IMG/VR virus record: IMGVR_UViG_3300042907_000878
Coordinates: 27,283 to 91,282 of that record
Direction: 5' to 3' (one strand)
DNA: 64,000 bases
DNA from: a virus
Part shown: in pieces, positions 27,816-37,731 of the stretch
Numbering within the stretch: the stretch's first letter is position 1
Layout of the letters: the number at the start of each line of letters is the position of its first letter
Translations under genes and position numbers: made by a program
Notes under the pieces: model-generated
What the model was told of the DNA's origin: nothing
Database searches by the model: none
What the model saw: the letters and a program-made list of their open reading frames with translations, nothing else

Positions 27816-28888
27816 TAAAATAATCCTTTGATTTGTGGTTTAAGTTCGTTATTTATATCTTCAATAGACATTTCTCCAATGTCTTTTTTAGATATCTTAG
27901 GTGTAAAGTAATTAAATCTTCTGTCGCCCTTTTTTATAATACCCTCTGCTGCCTTTTGTCCCGCCTCGTCATTGTCAGTTAATATAACAATATTCATTAC
28001 TCCAAGCTCTTCAAGATTGATTAATTGGTCTTCGCTAAGGTCAGATCCAAATATACCTGCACAATTTTTAATGCCCGATTCGTATAATCTCCAAACATCA
28101 CCTTGACCTTCAACCAATACAATCGTTGACGACTTTTGAATATAAGGTTTAGTAACCCATAATCCATACAAAAAGAAAGATTTTTTAAAACCTTTGCTAT
28201 TGAGCCATTTTGGTTTGGTCTGTTCGTCTGTTGCTCTCCCAACACATCCAATATATTGAGAGGTTTCATTATAGACAGGAACTACTGCTCGATTGAACAT
28301 TTGCCTATTAGAATTATAACACTCTCCAACATCAAAAGCTATTAAAGTTTCTGGTAAAAATCCTCTATTTATATAGTATTTTGAAGGAATGTCAAGAGTT
28401 GATACTACTTGCTCTCTAGATATGTTTAATTCTATCTTTTCAGATTTACGAGTTAATATTTCATTAATCTTATTAATCTCATATATACTTTCGCTAATCT
28501 TTTCTTCTGGTATATCTATGATTTTTTTATTTAAAAATGATAGTGAAAAATTAATAGCTTGGTAGAAATTAACTTCTTTACCTTCTCTTTGTGAAAGAAC
28601 TCCTCTCACAAAGCCTATCATATTTTTACCATAATCTTTTTCACATGAATGCGTCCAGCAAACCCAATTTCCTTTAGTTTTAGAGCCATCAGTAAATATA
28701 CACGACCCCTCACAGTTATCTCCTCCATGCACTGGGCATGGGAATGCTAGTCTATTGGGAAATTCTATGTATTCAATTTTTAAAGCGTTAAGTAGAGATG
28801 GTGCTTTTTCTGATAATTCGTTACATATCGAATAAATCTTCTCCCGACTCACTTTCTCGAATTTCGAAGGAGTTGTCTTGACTTGCAT
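27815..28888 (-). CDS. dnaG: DNA primase
   Basis: CPVH...CxxxxC zinc finger; VEGQGD and DND TOPRIM motifs; start reassigned to 28888 (GGAG RBS). Confidence 0.88.
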   Translation of the reverse strand: MQVKTTPSKFEKVSREKIYSICNELSEKAPSLLNALKIEYIEFPNRLAFPCPVHGGDNCEGSCIFTDGSKTKGNWVCWTHSCEKDYGKNMIGFVRGVLSQREGKEVNFYQAINFSLSFLNKKIIDIPEEKISESIYEINKINEILTRKSEKIELNISREQVVSTLDIPSKYYINRGFLPETLIAFDVGECYNSNRQMFNRAVVPVYNETSQYIGCVGRATDEQTKPKWLNSKGFKKSFFLYGLWVTKPYIQKSSTIVLVEGQGDVWRLYESGIKNCAGIFGSDLSEDQLINLEELGVMNIVILTDNDEAGQKAAEGIIKKGDRRFNYFTPKISKKDIGEMSIEDINNELKPQIKGLF

Positions 28889-30269
28889 TTGCCGCTCCAT
28901 TCTTAATTTCATCTCTAGTATACCATTCAGTAAGTTTAGCAATTGCACCATTCATTTTAACATTGATATAGTTACCATATTCAAGTCCAGATCCATGCCT
29001 AGCTTTAATAATAACAAGTTTACGATTTCCATTCTCATCACCATCATCTGCCACTTCTTCATCACTTTTCATTTGAAACTTAGCAACAGTGGATGCAAGC
29101 CACTGAAGTCTATCAGATTGTGCGATTTCCTCTTCTCGATTAAGCTGCACAAAAGATAAACATGGTAAGTCGTATTTAATACAGAAATCATTCATCTTTG
29201 TAATCTGAAAGCCTAAAGCCTGATATTCTTGCATAGCAGCTGTTAGCCCAGCTGAACTCATCAACTTGAAATAATCGTATATGATTAAGCAGTCTTTAGT
29301 TCTACCGTTCTCATCAAATCCAACATATTGATGGACCCATCTTTTAATAATGTTAAGGATATTATCAAATGGTTGGCCAGCAATTGATATATAGTGATAC
29401 GGTATCTTTTCAATCAGCTTAGCTGCGGCAATCACCTTTTCTTTAGAGTTAAAACTCTTAGCAAAAACCCCTTTTGCAATGTCATTGATCTTAATTCCGC
29501 TAATGTTTGCTAGCATACGGTTTCTTTGGTCTCCAAGATCCATTTCTGTATCTAAATACAGCACTGGAATATTATAAACCTCTGAAACATATTTTGCAAC
29601 ATTAGTAGAGATAACACTTTTACCAACCCCAGTTCTAGCACCTATTAGAGTGACCGACTTTCTTCTAAGACCACCTCCGATAGCTTCGTCAAATCTAGGA
29701 AAACCCGTAGGAATGCCAAGATAATCAGAGGGATTATTAATAAGATACTCAACATACTCATCAATGTCTTCGCCAAGAAGAACAGTCTTATTATTTTGCT
29801 CTTTATATGCAAGTGAAGTGATCTCCATGATTGGGGTTTCAACCATGCCAATAATATCTTCTACACTTTCATCGCCTGTAACTTTAGCCATAGACTTGTC
29901 ACAGATAGATAATGTTTTCTTAATATCTCTAGCTAATTTAAGCTTAGTTAATTTAGCTGCAAATTTAGGAATGTTATCTTTGTTTATGGGGAAATTAAAA
30001 AGCGACCGGATGAAACTCATCTCGGTCGATTTATTAATTAATTCATATACACCCAACTTTTGAGCTGTTGAAAATATAGAGAGATATTCAATATTCTGAT
30101 TATTGTTGATAACATCCTGCAAGCATGTAAATATAACCTGATTTAATTCGTGGCTAAAGTACTCTGCTTGCAAGAAATCGAGTTCAACATAAACCTCTAG
30201 CCCGAACTGGCAGATGCCAGCGAGGACGGCACGTTCAACTGGAAGGTTCTGCAATTCGGACTGGCTCAT
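28821..30269 (-). CDS. dnaB: Replicative helicase
   Basis: ERAVLA, GIPTGF, ARTGVGKS, DTEM, IYDYFKLM, QLNR, KARHG. Confidence 0.93.
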   Translation of the reverse strand: MSQSELQNLPVERAVLAGICQFGLEVYVELDFLQAEYFSHELNQVIFTCLQDVINNNQNIEYLSIFSTAQKLGVYELINKSTEMSFIRSLFNFPINKDNIPKFAAKLTKLKLARDIKKTLSICDKSMAKVTGDESVEDIIGMVETPIMEITSLAYKEQNNKTVLLGEDIDEYVEYLINNPSDYLGIPTGFPRFDEAIGGGLRRKSVTLIGARTGVGKSVISTNVAKYVSEVYNIPVLYLDTEMDLGDQRNRMLANISGIKINDIAKGVFAKSFNSKEKVIAAAKLIEKIPYHYISIAGQPFDNILNIIKRWVHQYVGFDENGRTKDCLIIYDYFKLMSSAGLTAAMQEYQALGFQITKMNDFCIKYDLPCLSFVQLNREEEIAQSDRLQWLASTVAKFQMKSDEEVADDGDENGNRKLVIIKARHGSGLEYGNYINVKMNGAIAKLTEWYTRDEIKNGAANASQDNSFEIRESESGEDLFDM

Positions 30270-30270
30270 A

Positions 30271-30651
30271 TTAATTTACTCCATAAAACTTCTTCACAAG
30301 TCGAGGCAATTTCTTATACGCAGAAATTATTTTATCTGCCTGATCTTGTGTCAGTTGGCGATTTTCTAAGGCTAGATTCTTTTCGGAGATAAGTTGATTA
30401 TTTGCTTCAAGTAATCTCTTGTTTGAGTCTAATATACTGTCAATATAAGATTGCGAGTCTGCAAGTTGCAATTCATACTCAAGAATTTGTTTATCTAACT
30501 CGTCGATTCGCACCTTTAGCTCTTCTTCTGTTGAAGTTCCAAATTGGCGATTGGCAAGTTCATATACATGAATTGTTTCAATCTGGTCAACAGCATTTTT
30601 AATAATCTCTAGTTGATTATAAACATTTAATGGATTCTTTTCTTCACTCAT
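30271..30651 (-). CDS. Coiled-coil hypothetical protein
   Basis: Heptad-like L/E/Q pattern; AAGGAG RBS. Confidence 0.65.
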   Translation of the reverse strand: MSEEKNPLNVYNQLEIIKNAVDQIETIHVYELANRQFGTSTEEELKVRIDELDKQILEYELQLADSQSYIDSILDSNKRLLEANNQLISEKNLALENRQLTQDQADKIISAYKKLPRLVKKFYGVN

Positions 30652-30661
30652 TGTATTCTCC

Positions 30662-30889
30662 TTAAGGGTAAATTCTATAGATTGGATATGGGTAGTACAC
30701 AGGTTGATATGTTTGAACCTGTACTGGCATATAAATTACTCTAGGTACGATTATGTACTGTGGTTGTTGTACTACATACTGATATTGGACTACGATTGGT
30801 TGAGGTTGCTGAACCACAACTGGAATTTGTGGATTAACCACAAACAATTGACCTAACGACATTGCTGCTAGTGCTACTAGTGTATTCAT
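30662..30889 (-). CDS. Small secreted Q/V/P/Y-rich peptide
   Basis: Hydrophobic N-terminus ending SLGQ, then low-complexity VVQ/YP sequence; first gene after a promoter. Confidence 0.6.
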   Translation of the reverse strand: MNTLVALAAMSLGQLFVVNPQIPVVVQQPQPIVVQYQYVVQQPQYIIVPRVIYMPVQVQTYQPVYYPYPIYRIYP

Positions 30890-30961
30890 TTGTCACCCAT
30901 TTCTCCTATGATTGTACTGCTAATTATTCTATATGATACTATACAGTAAAACGCTATGAAT

Positions 30962-30990
30962 AGTATAAAACCTATTTTGAAATATGTCAA
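30962..30990 (-). promoter_or_regulatory. Sigma70-type promoter
   Basis: TTGACA-17 nt-TATACT on the - strand. Confidence 0.8.
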
Positions 30991-31433
30991 GACCCCGAAC
31001 TCCCAAATCCATTTTCTCCGCGAGAAGTTTCATTCAAATTATCAACTGACACAGGGGTGAAATCTGGAGCTTGCTGAATAATAATCTGAGCAATTTTATC
31101 TCCGGGTGAGTAGACTTGATAATCCTCATCATGATTTACTAACAAGACTTTTACCTCTCCACGATATGGGGAATCAATAACTCCAGCCATTGTGTCTAAT
31201 CCCTTTTTTACTGCATGTCCAGATCTCGGCCAGATCAATCCTACGAAACCCCTTGGTATTGCCATAGAAATGCCCGTGGAGAAGAGTTTGCGTTGTCCCG
31301 GTGCTAATGTGACCACTTCTTTTTCATCGCAATACAGGTCAAGTCCTGCGTCAAATAGATTTGCCTTATCTGGTAGTTTTGCTGTATTTGTAAGTAATTT
31401 GACTGGCAGCTCATGACTAATAAATGTACTCAT
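30987..31433 (-). CDS. dut: Trimeric dUTPase
   Basis: AGLDL, PRSG, GVIDSPYRGE, IAQ, RGENGFGSSG; start reassigned to 31433. Confidence 0.95.
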   Translation of the reverse strand: MSTFISHELPVKLLTNTAKLPDKANLFDAGLDLYCDEKEVVTLAPGQRKLFSTGISMAIPRGFVGLIWPRSGHAVKKGLDTMAGVIDSPYRGEVKVLLVNHDEDYQVYSPGDKIAQIIIQQAPDFTPVSVDNLNETSRGENGFGSSGS

Positions 31434-31921
31434 CTGGCCTTTCCTTTCATTATGCAATCGTCGCAACGATATGCTTCTGTATACAATAGATCTTTCAATA
31501 CTTTTTTTTGCTTTCCGCATACTGTACAAGTCATTTCAACCTTATTGACTTTACGTATGATTTTTGGTTTTGCTGGTGGAGTTTTACCTTTTAGATCAGC
31601 AGCTTCTACTCCATCGTCGAGAAATTTATTACTTCTTTCCCCAACTGCTAATGCAATCTTTTTACCGTATTTAAGATCAATTGGGGCTTTATTTTCGACT
31701 CTAAATTGTTCTGTTATATCAGAATTTCTAATTGAAGAAGAAATCTGTTTCATTAGTTCGACTTTTGGCTTTGCCGATTGTTCTACAGCAGTTAATTCTA
31801 AATCAACTTCATAGCTTGGCAAAGCCTCAAGCATATCAAGTCCCATATTGATCAATTCAACATCGTTTAATAGTTTGCCTTTGGCAATTATTTTTTTTGC
31901 CTGTTCCTTAAGATCGCTCAT
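31430..31921 (-). CDS. Hypothetical protein with C-terminal Zn ribbon
   Basis: CTVC...CDDC; likely start MSDLK at 31921. Confidence 0.6.
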   Translation of the reverse strand: MSDLKEQAKKIIAKGKLLNDVELINMGLDMLEALPSYEVDLELTAVEQSAKPKVELMKQISSSIRNSDITEQFRVENKAPIDLKYGKKIALAVGERSNKFLDDGVEAADLKGKTPPAKPKIIRKVNKVEMTCTVCGKQKKVLKDLLYTEAYRCDDCIMKGKAR

Positions 31922-32405
31922 AACTTTTATTTCTCCCCATATTTTCAAAAACCTTCATAGCAGTTTCCACTGATCCAATTGTTGCTTCCCCCGCTAATAT
32001 TCTAGCCTCAGCTGTTGTTTTAAGCACTTGCAATTTTAATCCTAGTTTATGATTTCTAATAGCTGAATGATACTTCTCTTCCCATTTTGCATATTTGTCA
32101 TGACTAACGCCTGTAACAATATACCATATACCTTGTTCTGCCCAAGCTTTAACAGCTTTTTCCCTTGCTATAATGCTTTTAAGATGCATAAGGTATTGGT
32201 TGAGCAAGAAGATCGAGGCTTGATAATCTGGAAATGTCATGGATTTTAATTCTTCGCGAGAGTAGTGTAGTATCTTTCCCACCTCATCTGCCTTGTCTCC
32301 AAAATCAGTGCCATAATCTATTTTACTCTCTTTAATCCAATTGTCAATGTTTTCATGAAACTTTTTTATCTTATCTTCTAATTCCTCCATATCTTGCCTC
32401 TCCAC
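31908..32405 (-). CDS. Helical hypothetical protein (possible UvsY-like mediator)
   Basis: 165 aa, helical, two genes from recA; function is a guess. Confidence 0.45.
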   Translation of the reverse strand: MERQDMEELEDKIKKFHENIDNWIKESKIDYGTDFGDKADEVGKILHYSREELKSMTFPDYQASIFLLNQYLMHLKSIIAREKAVKAWAEQGIWYIVTGVSHDKYAKWEEKYHSAIRNHKLGLKLQVLKTTAEARILAGEATIGSVETAMKVFENMGRNKSYERS

Positions 32406-32791
32406 TCTTCAATAGATTCGTTATGAAACAGTTCTATTAACTCTAAATTATTTATTTCACACCACTGCTTCTTATCTCTATCTCTAGCTTGAGCCTTGTA
32501 AAAATCCATTTTACTCTTGAAAAAGAAGTTATTAAACTCTGTGTGCTGTTCACCATGAACTTCAACAATAAGTTTTCTCATAGGAATGAAAAAATCCGCC
32601 TTGAGGGTGGATTTTCTAGTTGATGTCTTTGTCCCCGGTAACACTAGCTCTTCTAAAATTCTATCATTAGGATATTTTTCCTTTAATAGTTCTTTAGCTT
32701 TATTATGTAGTCCAGATCTTTTTTCTGTGTCAACAATATTATTACTTGGAATCCATGAATATTCTTGCTGATCCAATCCTATGATTTTCAA
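32378..32791 (-). CDS. DUF559/Vsr-like endonuclease
   Basis: ADFFIP...VEVHGEQH...RDRDKKQWC. Confidence 0.75.
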   Translation of the reverse strand: MKIIGLDQQEYSWIPSNNIVDTEKRSGLHNKAKELLKEKYPNDRILEELVLPGTKTSTRKSTLKADFFIPMRKLIVEVHGEQHTEFNNFFFKSKMDFYKAQARDRDKKQWCEINNLELIELFHNESIEEWRGKIWRN

Positions 32792-33801
32792 TATAACATT
32801 TCCTTAACTTTAAGTTCAAGCAAAGCATAAAATTCTGGATGTTCGCCAAGATAATTATATACTTTTTCCTGCCCCTGAAGTTTAACCTTTTCACTCTCGA
32901 TAAAATCTAGATTATACCATGATCCAGCAACTGAAATTAAACCAAGGTCAATAGCAATCATAAGAATTTCTTGAACTTTATCAATGCCATGACCAAACCT
33001 AATCCAACTGTCACAGGTTTTATATGGCGATCCGATAGAAGAACACAACACATCCCATGTTACCTTAAGGCCGATGACATTCTTATTCTCTTTAGAAGAC
33101 CCCGCTGCTTCCCAAGGTACTACTGTCTTGACTTCCATGCGAGTATCTGCTTGGAATTGGATCTTAACACCACCATCGGCCATTTTTGACTTGCCATAAC
33201 CACTCGTATTAGTAATCATGTGCGTAATAAGAATAATTAAACACTTTTGATTAGGAACTGTTTGCCCCAACTTCTTAACAAAGTCAGAAAGAATCTTAGG
33301 TAGCCCCGGCCTTGTCATTCCACTAATATCCTCATCAAGATCTCGCAAAGGAATAAGTGATGAGATGGAATCAATTACTAGAACACAACCTTCATTTTCT
33401 TTCGCAGCTACTAGTTTTCTTGCAATGTCAAGAAATGTTTCTGCTGCCAGTGGCTCATCACCAGAACGAATGACCTGAACTTTAGATGGGTCGATTCCCG
33501 GAACTTCAAAGTTCATTTCTTTTAAACGACCCTCAACATCAAGATAGATGATCTTACGACCAAGGGCTTGACAGTTGGCGATAATCTGCATAGTTGTTGT
33601 AGTTTTTCCGACCTTTGGGGGGCCGGACAAGATCATCCAAGAACCCTCTTTAACACCACCACCGAGAGCCAAATCAATAGCAGGACTAATTGATATGGTT
33701 TTGTAATTTCTCTTTGTCTCAAGGACTTTATCTCCTGTAGTAACGTAGTCGCCATACTTTTTTATAAATTCTTTATCCATCACAGTATCAGCCATTTTCA
33801 A
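32788..33801 (-). CDS. recA: RecA/UvsX-like recombinase
   Basis: DLALGGGV, GPPKVGKTT, YLDVE, VIDSI, FGHGID, GSWY...QG. Confidence 0.9.
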   Translation of the reverse strand: MKMADTVMDKEFIKKYGDYVTTGDKVLETKRNYKTISISPAIDLALGGGVKEGSWMILSGPPKVGKTTTTMQIIANCQALGRKIIYLDVEGRLKEMNFEVPGIDPSKVQVIRSGDEPLAAETFLDIARKLVAAKENEGCVLVIDSISSLIPLRDLDEDISGMTRPGLPKILSDFVKKLGQTVPNQKCLIILITHMITNTSGYGKSKMADGGVKIQFQADTRMEVKTVVPWEAAGSSKENKNVIGLKVTWDVLCSSIGSPYKTCDSWIRFGHGIDKVQEILMIAIDLGLISVAGSWYNLDFIESEKVKLQGQEKVYNYLGEHPEFYALLELKVKEMLY

Positions 33802-34231
33802 TTTCCTTTAGTCTCTGCAATAGTGTCTTGTTTCCAAAAGATTGTCTAGGTGTATAAATAGACTCCTTGACTTCTATTATTTCAATTGTATCATGTTTTG
33901 GGGCGTTGTCAAGTTCAATTCTAATTCTTTGTAAGGAATTTTTGACATTTCTAGCTCCCAGAGAAATAGTCCTGATGCCTTCCTTAGAATTAACAAATTT
34001 CATCATAGCATCTTCGCCAAACTCTTTGATTAGTTTATTTGCTAATCCAATTTGACGAATGTATATACTTTTCCATTTACCTTTATTCCAAAACTTATAA
34101 GGTAATGTCCCAGCTTTTTCATGCTTTGCCTGTCTTTGGCAAATAATCTCAGCAACGTATTGAGCAGGAGTGCAAAAATCCCCGGTAGACGGGGATTTAT
34201 ATTTGCTTAGATCTGTTCGTCTTTTTGACAT
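33788..34231 (-). CDS. Hypothetical protein
   Basis: Coupled ORF; likely start MSKRR at 34231. Confidence 0.6.
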   Translation of the reverse strand: MSKRRTDLSKYKSPSTGDFCTPAQYVAEIICQRQAKHEKAGTLPYKFWNKGKWKSIYIRQIGLANKLIKEFGEDAMMKFVNSKEGIRTISLGARNVKNSLQRIRIELDNAPKHDTIEIIEVKESIYTPRQSFGNKTLLQRLKEIENG

Positions 34232-34698
34232 GAACAATTTTCTCCACAAAGATTTATTCTACGATAAATCAAGTTTTCATTTTCTGGCGTAATCTCTCTG
34301 ATTTCTTCAGATGTTCCAAACGCGCACTCAGGCCAATAAAATCTACGGACATGAATTAATCCGTCATCTTCTATTTTTCCAAATGTTATAAAAGAATAAA
34401 TGGTTTCGCCTAAATCACTTACATCTTTTGCAGTTCCGCGAACGATTAGAAGACCGTCTAGTCCAAGATCATTTCTAAACACTTGAACTTCTGGTTGTCC
34501 CGGAACAATAACTTTCACTTCAACAATATCTTTTGTGTTATTATTGCAGTATTGCCTAGCCCTTGTCCAAGGGTCTTTTTTATCTGGAACGTCGAAATCT
34601 GACCAAATTTCAGTTCCATCATTTAAAATAAGTTTCCATAGGACTTGTTGTTGCATTAACAGTCCTGTAATGTGAGCGTTATATCCTGTACAAATCAT
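34207..34698 (-). CDS. Hypothetical protein
   Basis: 163-aa coupled ORF. Confidence 0.6.
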   Translation of the reverse strand: MICTGYNAHITGLLMQQQVLWKLILNDGTEIWSDFDVPDKKDPWTRARQYCNNNTKDIVEVKVIVPGQPEVQVFRNDLGLDGLLIVRGTAKDVSDLGETIYSFITFGKIEDDGLIHVRRFYWPECAFGTSEEIREITPENENLIYRRINLCGENCSCQKDEQI

Positions 34699-34964
34699 TA
34701 GTCTTCCTTGATTTTATGAATGCAAGAGGTGACTCTAGATGGTAATACAATGCCATTCGCTCGCCTTTGTTGCGCCGATTCATCAGCCCTCATAGATGCT
34801 TGCTCTGTCATTGCTACAAATCCACGATCTTTTTTACGAGCGAACATAGTGTGCGTATTTGGCAAAGGTGGTGGATCAACTGGGCCATCGGTTTTAACTT
34901 CTTCTGGTTTTATCTTATTGATATCTGTAGGCTTAGCATTAAGGTCTACTTTTTTCTTTGCCAT
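34698..34964 (-). CDS. Hypothetical protein
   Basis: 88-aa coupled ORF. Confidence 0.6.
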   Translation of the reverse strand: MAKKKVDLNAKPTDINKIKPEEVKTDGPVDPPPLPNTHTMFARKKDRGFVAMTEQASMRADESAQQRRANGIVLPSRVTSCIHKIKED

Positions 34965-34966
34965 TA

Positions 34967-35329
34967 TTAATATCCTTTCCTAATAAATTCTCTTTTAGCT
35001 TCAAGTAAAAATGTTTCGCGTCTAGTCTTTAGATAATCGTTATATTTATTAAAAATATATTCATCTACTTTTTTATATCTTGTATCTTGTGCATTTGCTT
35101 TTAAAGCATCTACCCCATATGGATCAAAAAGCTGGCCTCTACGATGCTTTATATAATAATAAAGACTTGTTTTTTCATCATTGTTTTCTTTGGCAAACTG
35201 AACTACTTTGGCAACACCGTCTCGTTCTTCACAGTCTTTGCCCGTTTTATCCTTAAAATATATAGAATCCTTTTCTTGAGATATTCCAATTTCGTTTAAT
35301 TCTTCGGGACTTGAATTTTTAGCAACCAT
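34967..35329 (-). CDS. Hypothetical protein
   Basis: 120-aa coupled ORF (GQLFDPYG). Confidence 0.6.
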   Translation of the reverse strand: MVAKNSSPEELNEIGISQEKDSIYFKDKTGKDCEERDGVAKVVQFAKENNDEKTSLYYYIKHRRGQLFDPYGVDALKANAQDTRYKKVDEYIFNKYNDYLKTRRETFLLEAKREFIRKGY

Positions 35330-35559
35330 TATTTACCTAAGCTTTCTAATTTTTCTTTTACCTTTTTTGCACAATCCCATTTGTCAAATCCAGTTACATG
35401 GAACTCTCCAGCTTGAGTCATGCTATGATCTTTAAATAGATCTGAACAATCAACTACCTCTGGGTCTAGGCTTCCATCTGGCAGCATTCTATGTATAAAA
35501 ATATTAAATCTTACGATTCCAATATGTGGACCAATATTTCGTTTTGTTCGTTCAATCAT
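35329..35559 (-). CDS. Hypothetical protein
   Basis: 76-aa coupled ORF. Confidence 0.55.
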   Translation of the reverse strand: MIERTKRNIGPHIGIVRFNIFIHRMLPDGSLDPEVVDCSDLFKDHSMTQAGEFHVTGFDKWDCAKKVKEKLESLGK

Positions 35560-35897
35560 AATTTACCCGTTTCGATGTATTTTATTTTCTTATCAGGTGA
35601 TAGACTAGCGATTTTTCGGTATTCGCTCATTTTTGCCTGATCTTGCATTTTCTTCAAAGATCCGTCCTCTTCCATTCGACGCTGAAGCTGTTCTTTGCCC
35701 ATTGCCTTGGCGTTCGCCTCTGCTAATTGGCCAATGGTTTTGACTTCCTTATTCATTATATCAGGTGCGCCGTCTAAGACAACCGAAAGATTTTCGGTTT
35801 TACAAGAAGGACAAACCTTCCATAAGGATTCCTTTATACTGTGAAAGGTTTCAAAATCAGTTGGGCAATTTGAGCATTTGTAGTGATAAATTGGCAT
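35556..35897 (-). CDS. FmdB-family zinc-ribbon protein
   Basis: MPIYHYKCxxC...FE...CPxC. Confidence 0.85.
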   Translation of the reverse strand: MPIYHYKCSNCPTDFETFHSIKESLWKVCPSCKTENLSVVLDGAPDIMNKEVKTIGQLAEANAKAMGKEQLQRRMEEDGSLKKMQDQAKMSEYRKIASLSPDKKIKYIETGKL

Positions 35898-35898
35898 A

Positions 35899-36162
35899 TT
35901 ATTCCTCTAATAAATATTCGTTTGGGTCGTATTCTCTATATTCTTCACCACTCCATATTAAGAATGTTCTATAGCTTTCTCTATATGCAGTTCTTTCCTC
36001 TTCTGATAATTTAGATTCATCTAATAGCATTTCATAAAATTGAATAAAATCTTCATTGATATATAAGGACTCTTGTTTTATATCTTGAGTTTCTGATTCA
36101 TAATATACTATGGAGCCAATTAAGGCTCCACAGATTAGTATAACAGGTATGATCTTCTTCAC
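35899..36162 (-). CDS. Small membrane-anchored protein
   Basis: MKKII plus hydrophobic stretch; acidic C-terminus. Confidence 0.55.
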   Translation of the reverse strand: MKKIIPVILICGALIGSIVYYESETQDIKQESLYINEDFIQFYEMLLDESKLSEEERTAYRESYRTFLIWSGEEYREYDPNEYLLEE

Positions 36163-36848
36163 TTTAATCTTTCTAATATTCTACCAATAATTTTATTTCT
36201 AACGATGTCGCTAGCTTCTAATTCGCATATGCCTACACCATCTAGATTTTCTAGTTTGTGGCTGACGCTTTCTAATCCTCCTCTGATACTCATTGGAAGA
36301 TCCGATTGGTCTGCATCTCCATTAATCACTGCACGCGAATGTATGCCAATTCTCGTTATAAACATTTTTATTTGCTCAAATGTAGCATTTTGAGCTTCGT
36401 CAAGTATCATAAAACAATCGTGAAAATTTCTTCCTCTCATATATTCAAGCGGACACATTTCAATAATATCACCATCTCTAAGTTTTTTAACCATATCTCT
36501 ACCGAGATAAGCATTCATCTCCTCGATGATTGGTACTAGATAAGGTTGGATTTTTTCGTCTTTATTTCCCGGTAAAAATCCTAGCCCTCTTCCCGCTTCA
36601 ACTGTAGGACGTGTAATAATTATCTTTGAAATTTTTCCATCTAAAAGCCAACTACAAGCTAAACCGACCGCAACAGATGATTTACCAGATCCTGCTGGTC
36701 CGGTACATATAGTCACATCATTTTCTACCATTGATATAATGTAGTTTTCTTGATTAATGCTCTTCGGCTGAAGAACTTTACGATGTGGATTAGTAACGGC
36801 GGTTGTTTTTGCCTTCTGAGCTTCTTTTCTATTTCTTGATCTTGACAT
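36159..36848 (-). CDS. phoH: PhoH-family ATPase
   Basis: GPAGSGKS, TRPTVE, LGFLPG, YMRGR, ILDEAQN, GDxxQSDL, DIVR; start reassigned to 36848. Confidence 0.95.
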   Translation of the reverse strand: MSRSRNRKEAQKAKTTAVTNPHRKVLQPKSINQENYIISMVENDVTICTGPAGSGKSSVAVGLACSWLLDGKISKIIITRPTVEAGRGLGFLPGNKDEKIQPYLVPIIEEMNAYLGRDMVKKLRDGDIIEMCPLEYMRGRNFHDCFMILDEAQNATFEQIKMFITRIGIHSRAVINGDADQSDLPMSIRGGLESVSHKLENLDGVGICELEASDIVRNKIIGRILERLK

Positions 36849-36858
36849 GTTGTTTTTC

Positions 36859-37731
36859 TCACGATACTGTGAAAGAATTATCATTATTTTTGTAGGTGAA
36901 TTTGAGGATCGAATAGTCGCTATTTCCTGCGTCGCCTCCATTTCTTTCTATATTGGCCAAGAAATTTTTAGATCCTAAATCTATTGTTGGAACTCCACCA
37001 ATTGATATAGTTCTATTGGTTACTTGATCATTGATTAAGTTATAGTTTACTCCTCCGATTGACTCAGCCGAGTAATCCACTCTAGATTGTGAGTATTCTC
37101 TATCTAAAATTTCATATGCGCAGCTAATATCAACTGGGTAAGTGATATACTTATTTCTTGCAGTGTAGAATCTACCGTATGACGGAACTTCTCCGTAATT
37201 AATATTCAATGACGCTTGTACTGAAATCAAAGTCGAACTAGTTAATTCTGCTGGACGCGCAACATTTTTATCAAAATCTTGTCTTCTTTTTACATCGCCG
37301 TCTTGTACTGCTGGGGCCGATATGCTAGCTATCGCTTCAGATACATGGCCGATATAATTTAATTCCTCTGTGAAGAATCCTTGGTTTGTAAAAGTATATG
37401 TTACACCCGCAAATACAGTGTCTACAAATTTATATCCCCCTCCTCCAACTACTCCAATTTTAATTTCATGAGTCTCTGGAGGAGTGACATATATACTATC
37501 CCTAATGTCAAATCCACTTAATGCAGAGCTATAATCATCAGATATAAACTTTGTAAAACTAATATTTAGACTAGGCTTTTTATAGAAATTTTTTACATTA
37601 GTTGGATTTCCTTTGCCTACAATTGAAGTTGAGTCAAAAGATTTTGTTACATTCACTGTCTGTACGCCCCCGACTTTAGTTCCGTCGAGGAGTACAGTGT
37701 GAACATTATACTGAATTAGTATGAGTGGCAT
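36859..37731 (-). CDS. Tail-tube-like hypothetical protein
   Basis: GVQTVNVT...PSLNISFTK beta-rich pattern resembling tube folds. Confidence 0.4.
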   Translation of the reverse strand: MPLILIQYNVHTVLLDGTKVGGVQTVNVTKSFDSTSIVGKGNPTNVKNFYKKPSLNISFTKFISDDYSSALSGFDIRDSIYVTPPETHEIKIGVVGGGGYKFVDTVFAGVTYTFTNQGFFTEELNYIGHVSEAIASISAPAVQDGDVKRRQDFDKNVARPAELTSSTLISVQASLNINYGEVPSYGRFYTARNKYITYPVDISCAYEILDREYSQSRVDYSAESIGGVNYNLINDQVTNRTISIGGVPTIDLGSKNFLANIERNGGDAGNSDYSILKFTYKNNDNSFTVS

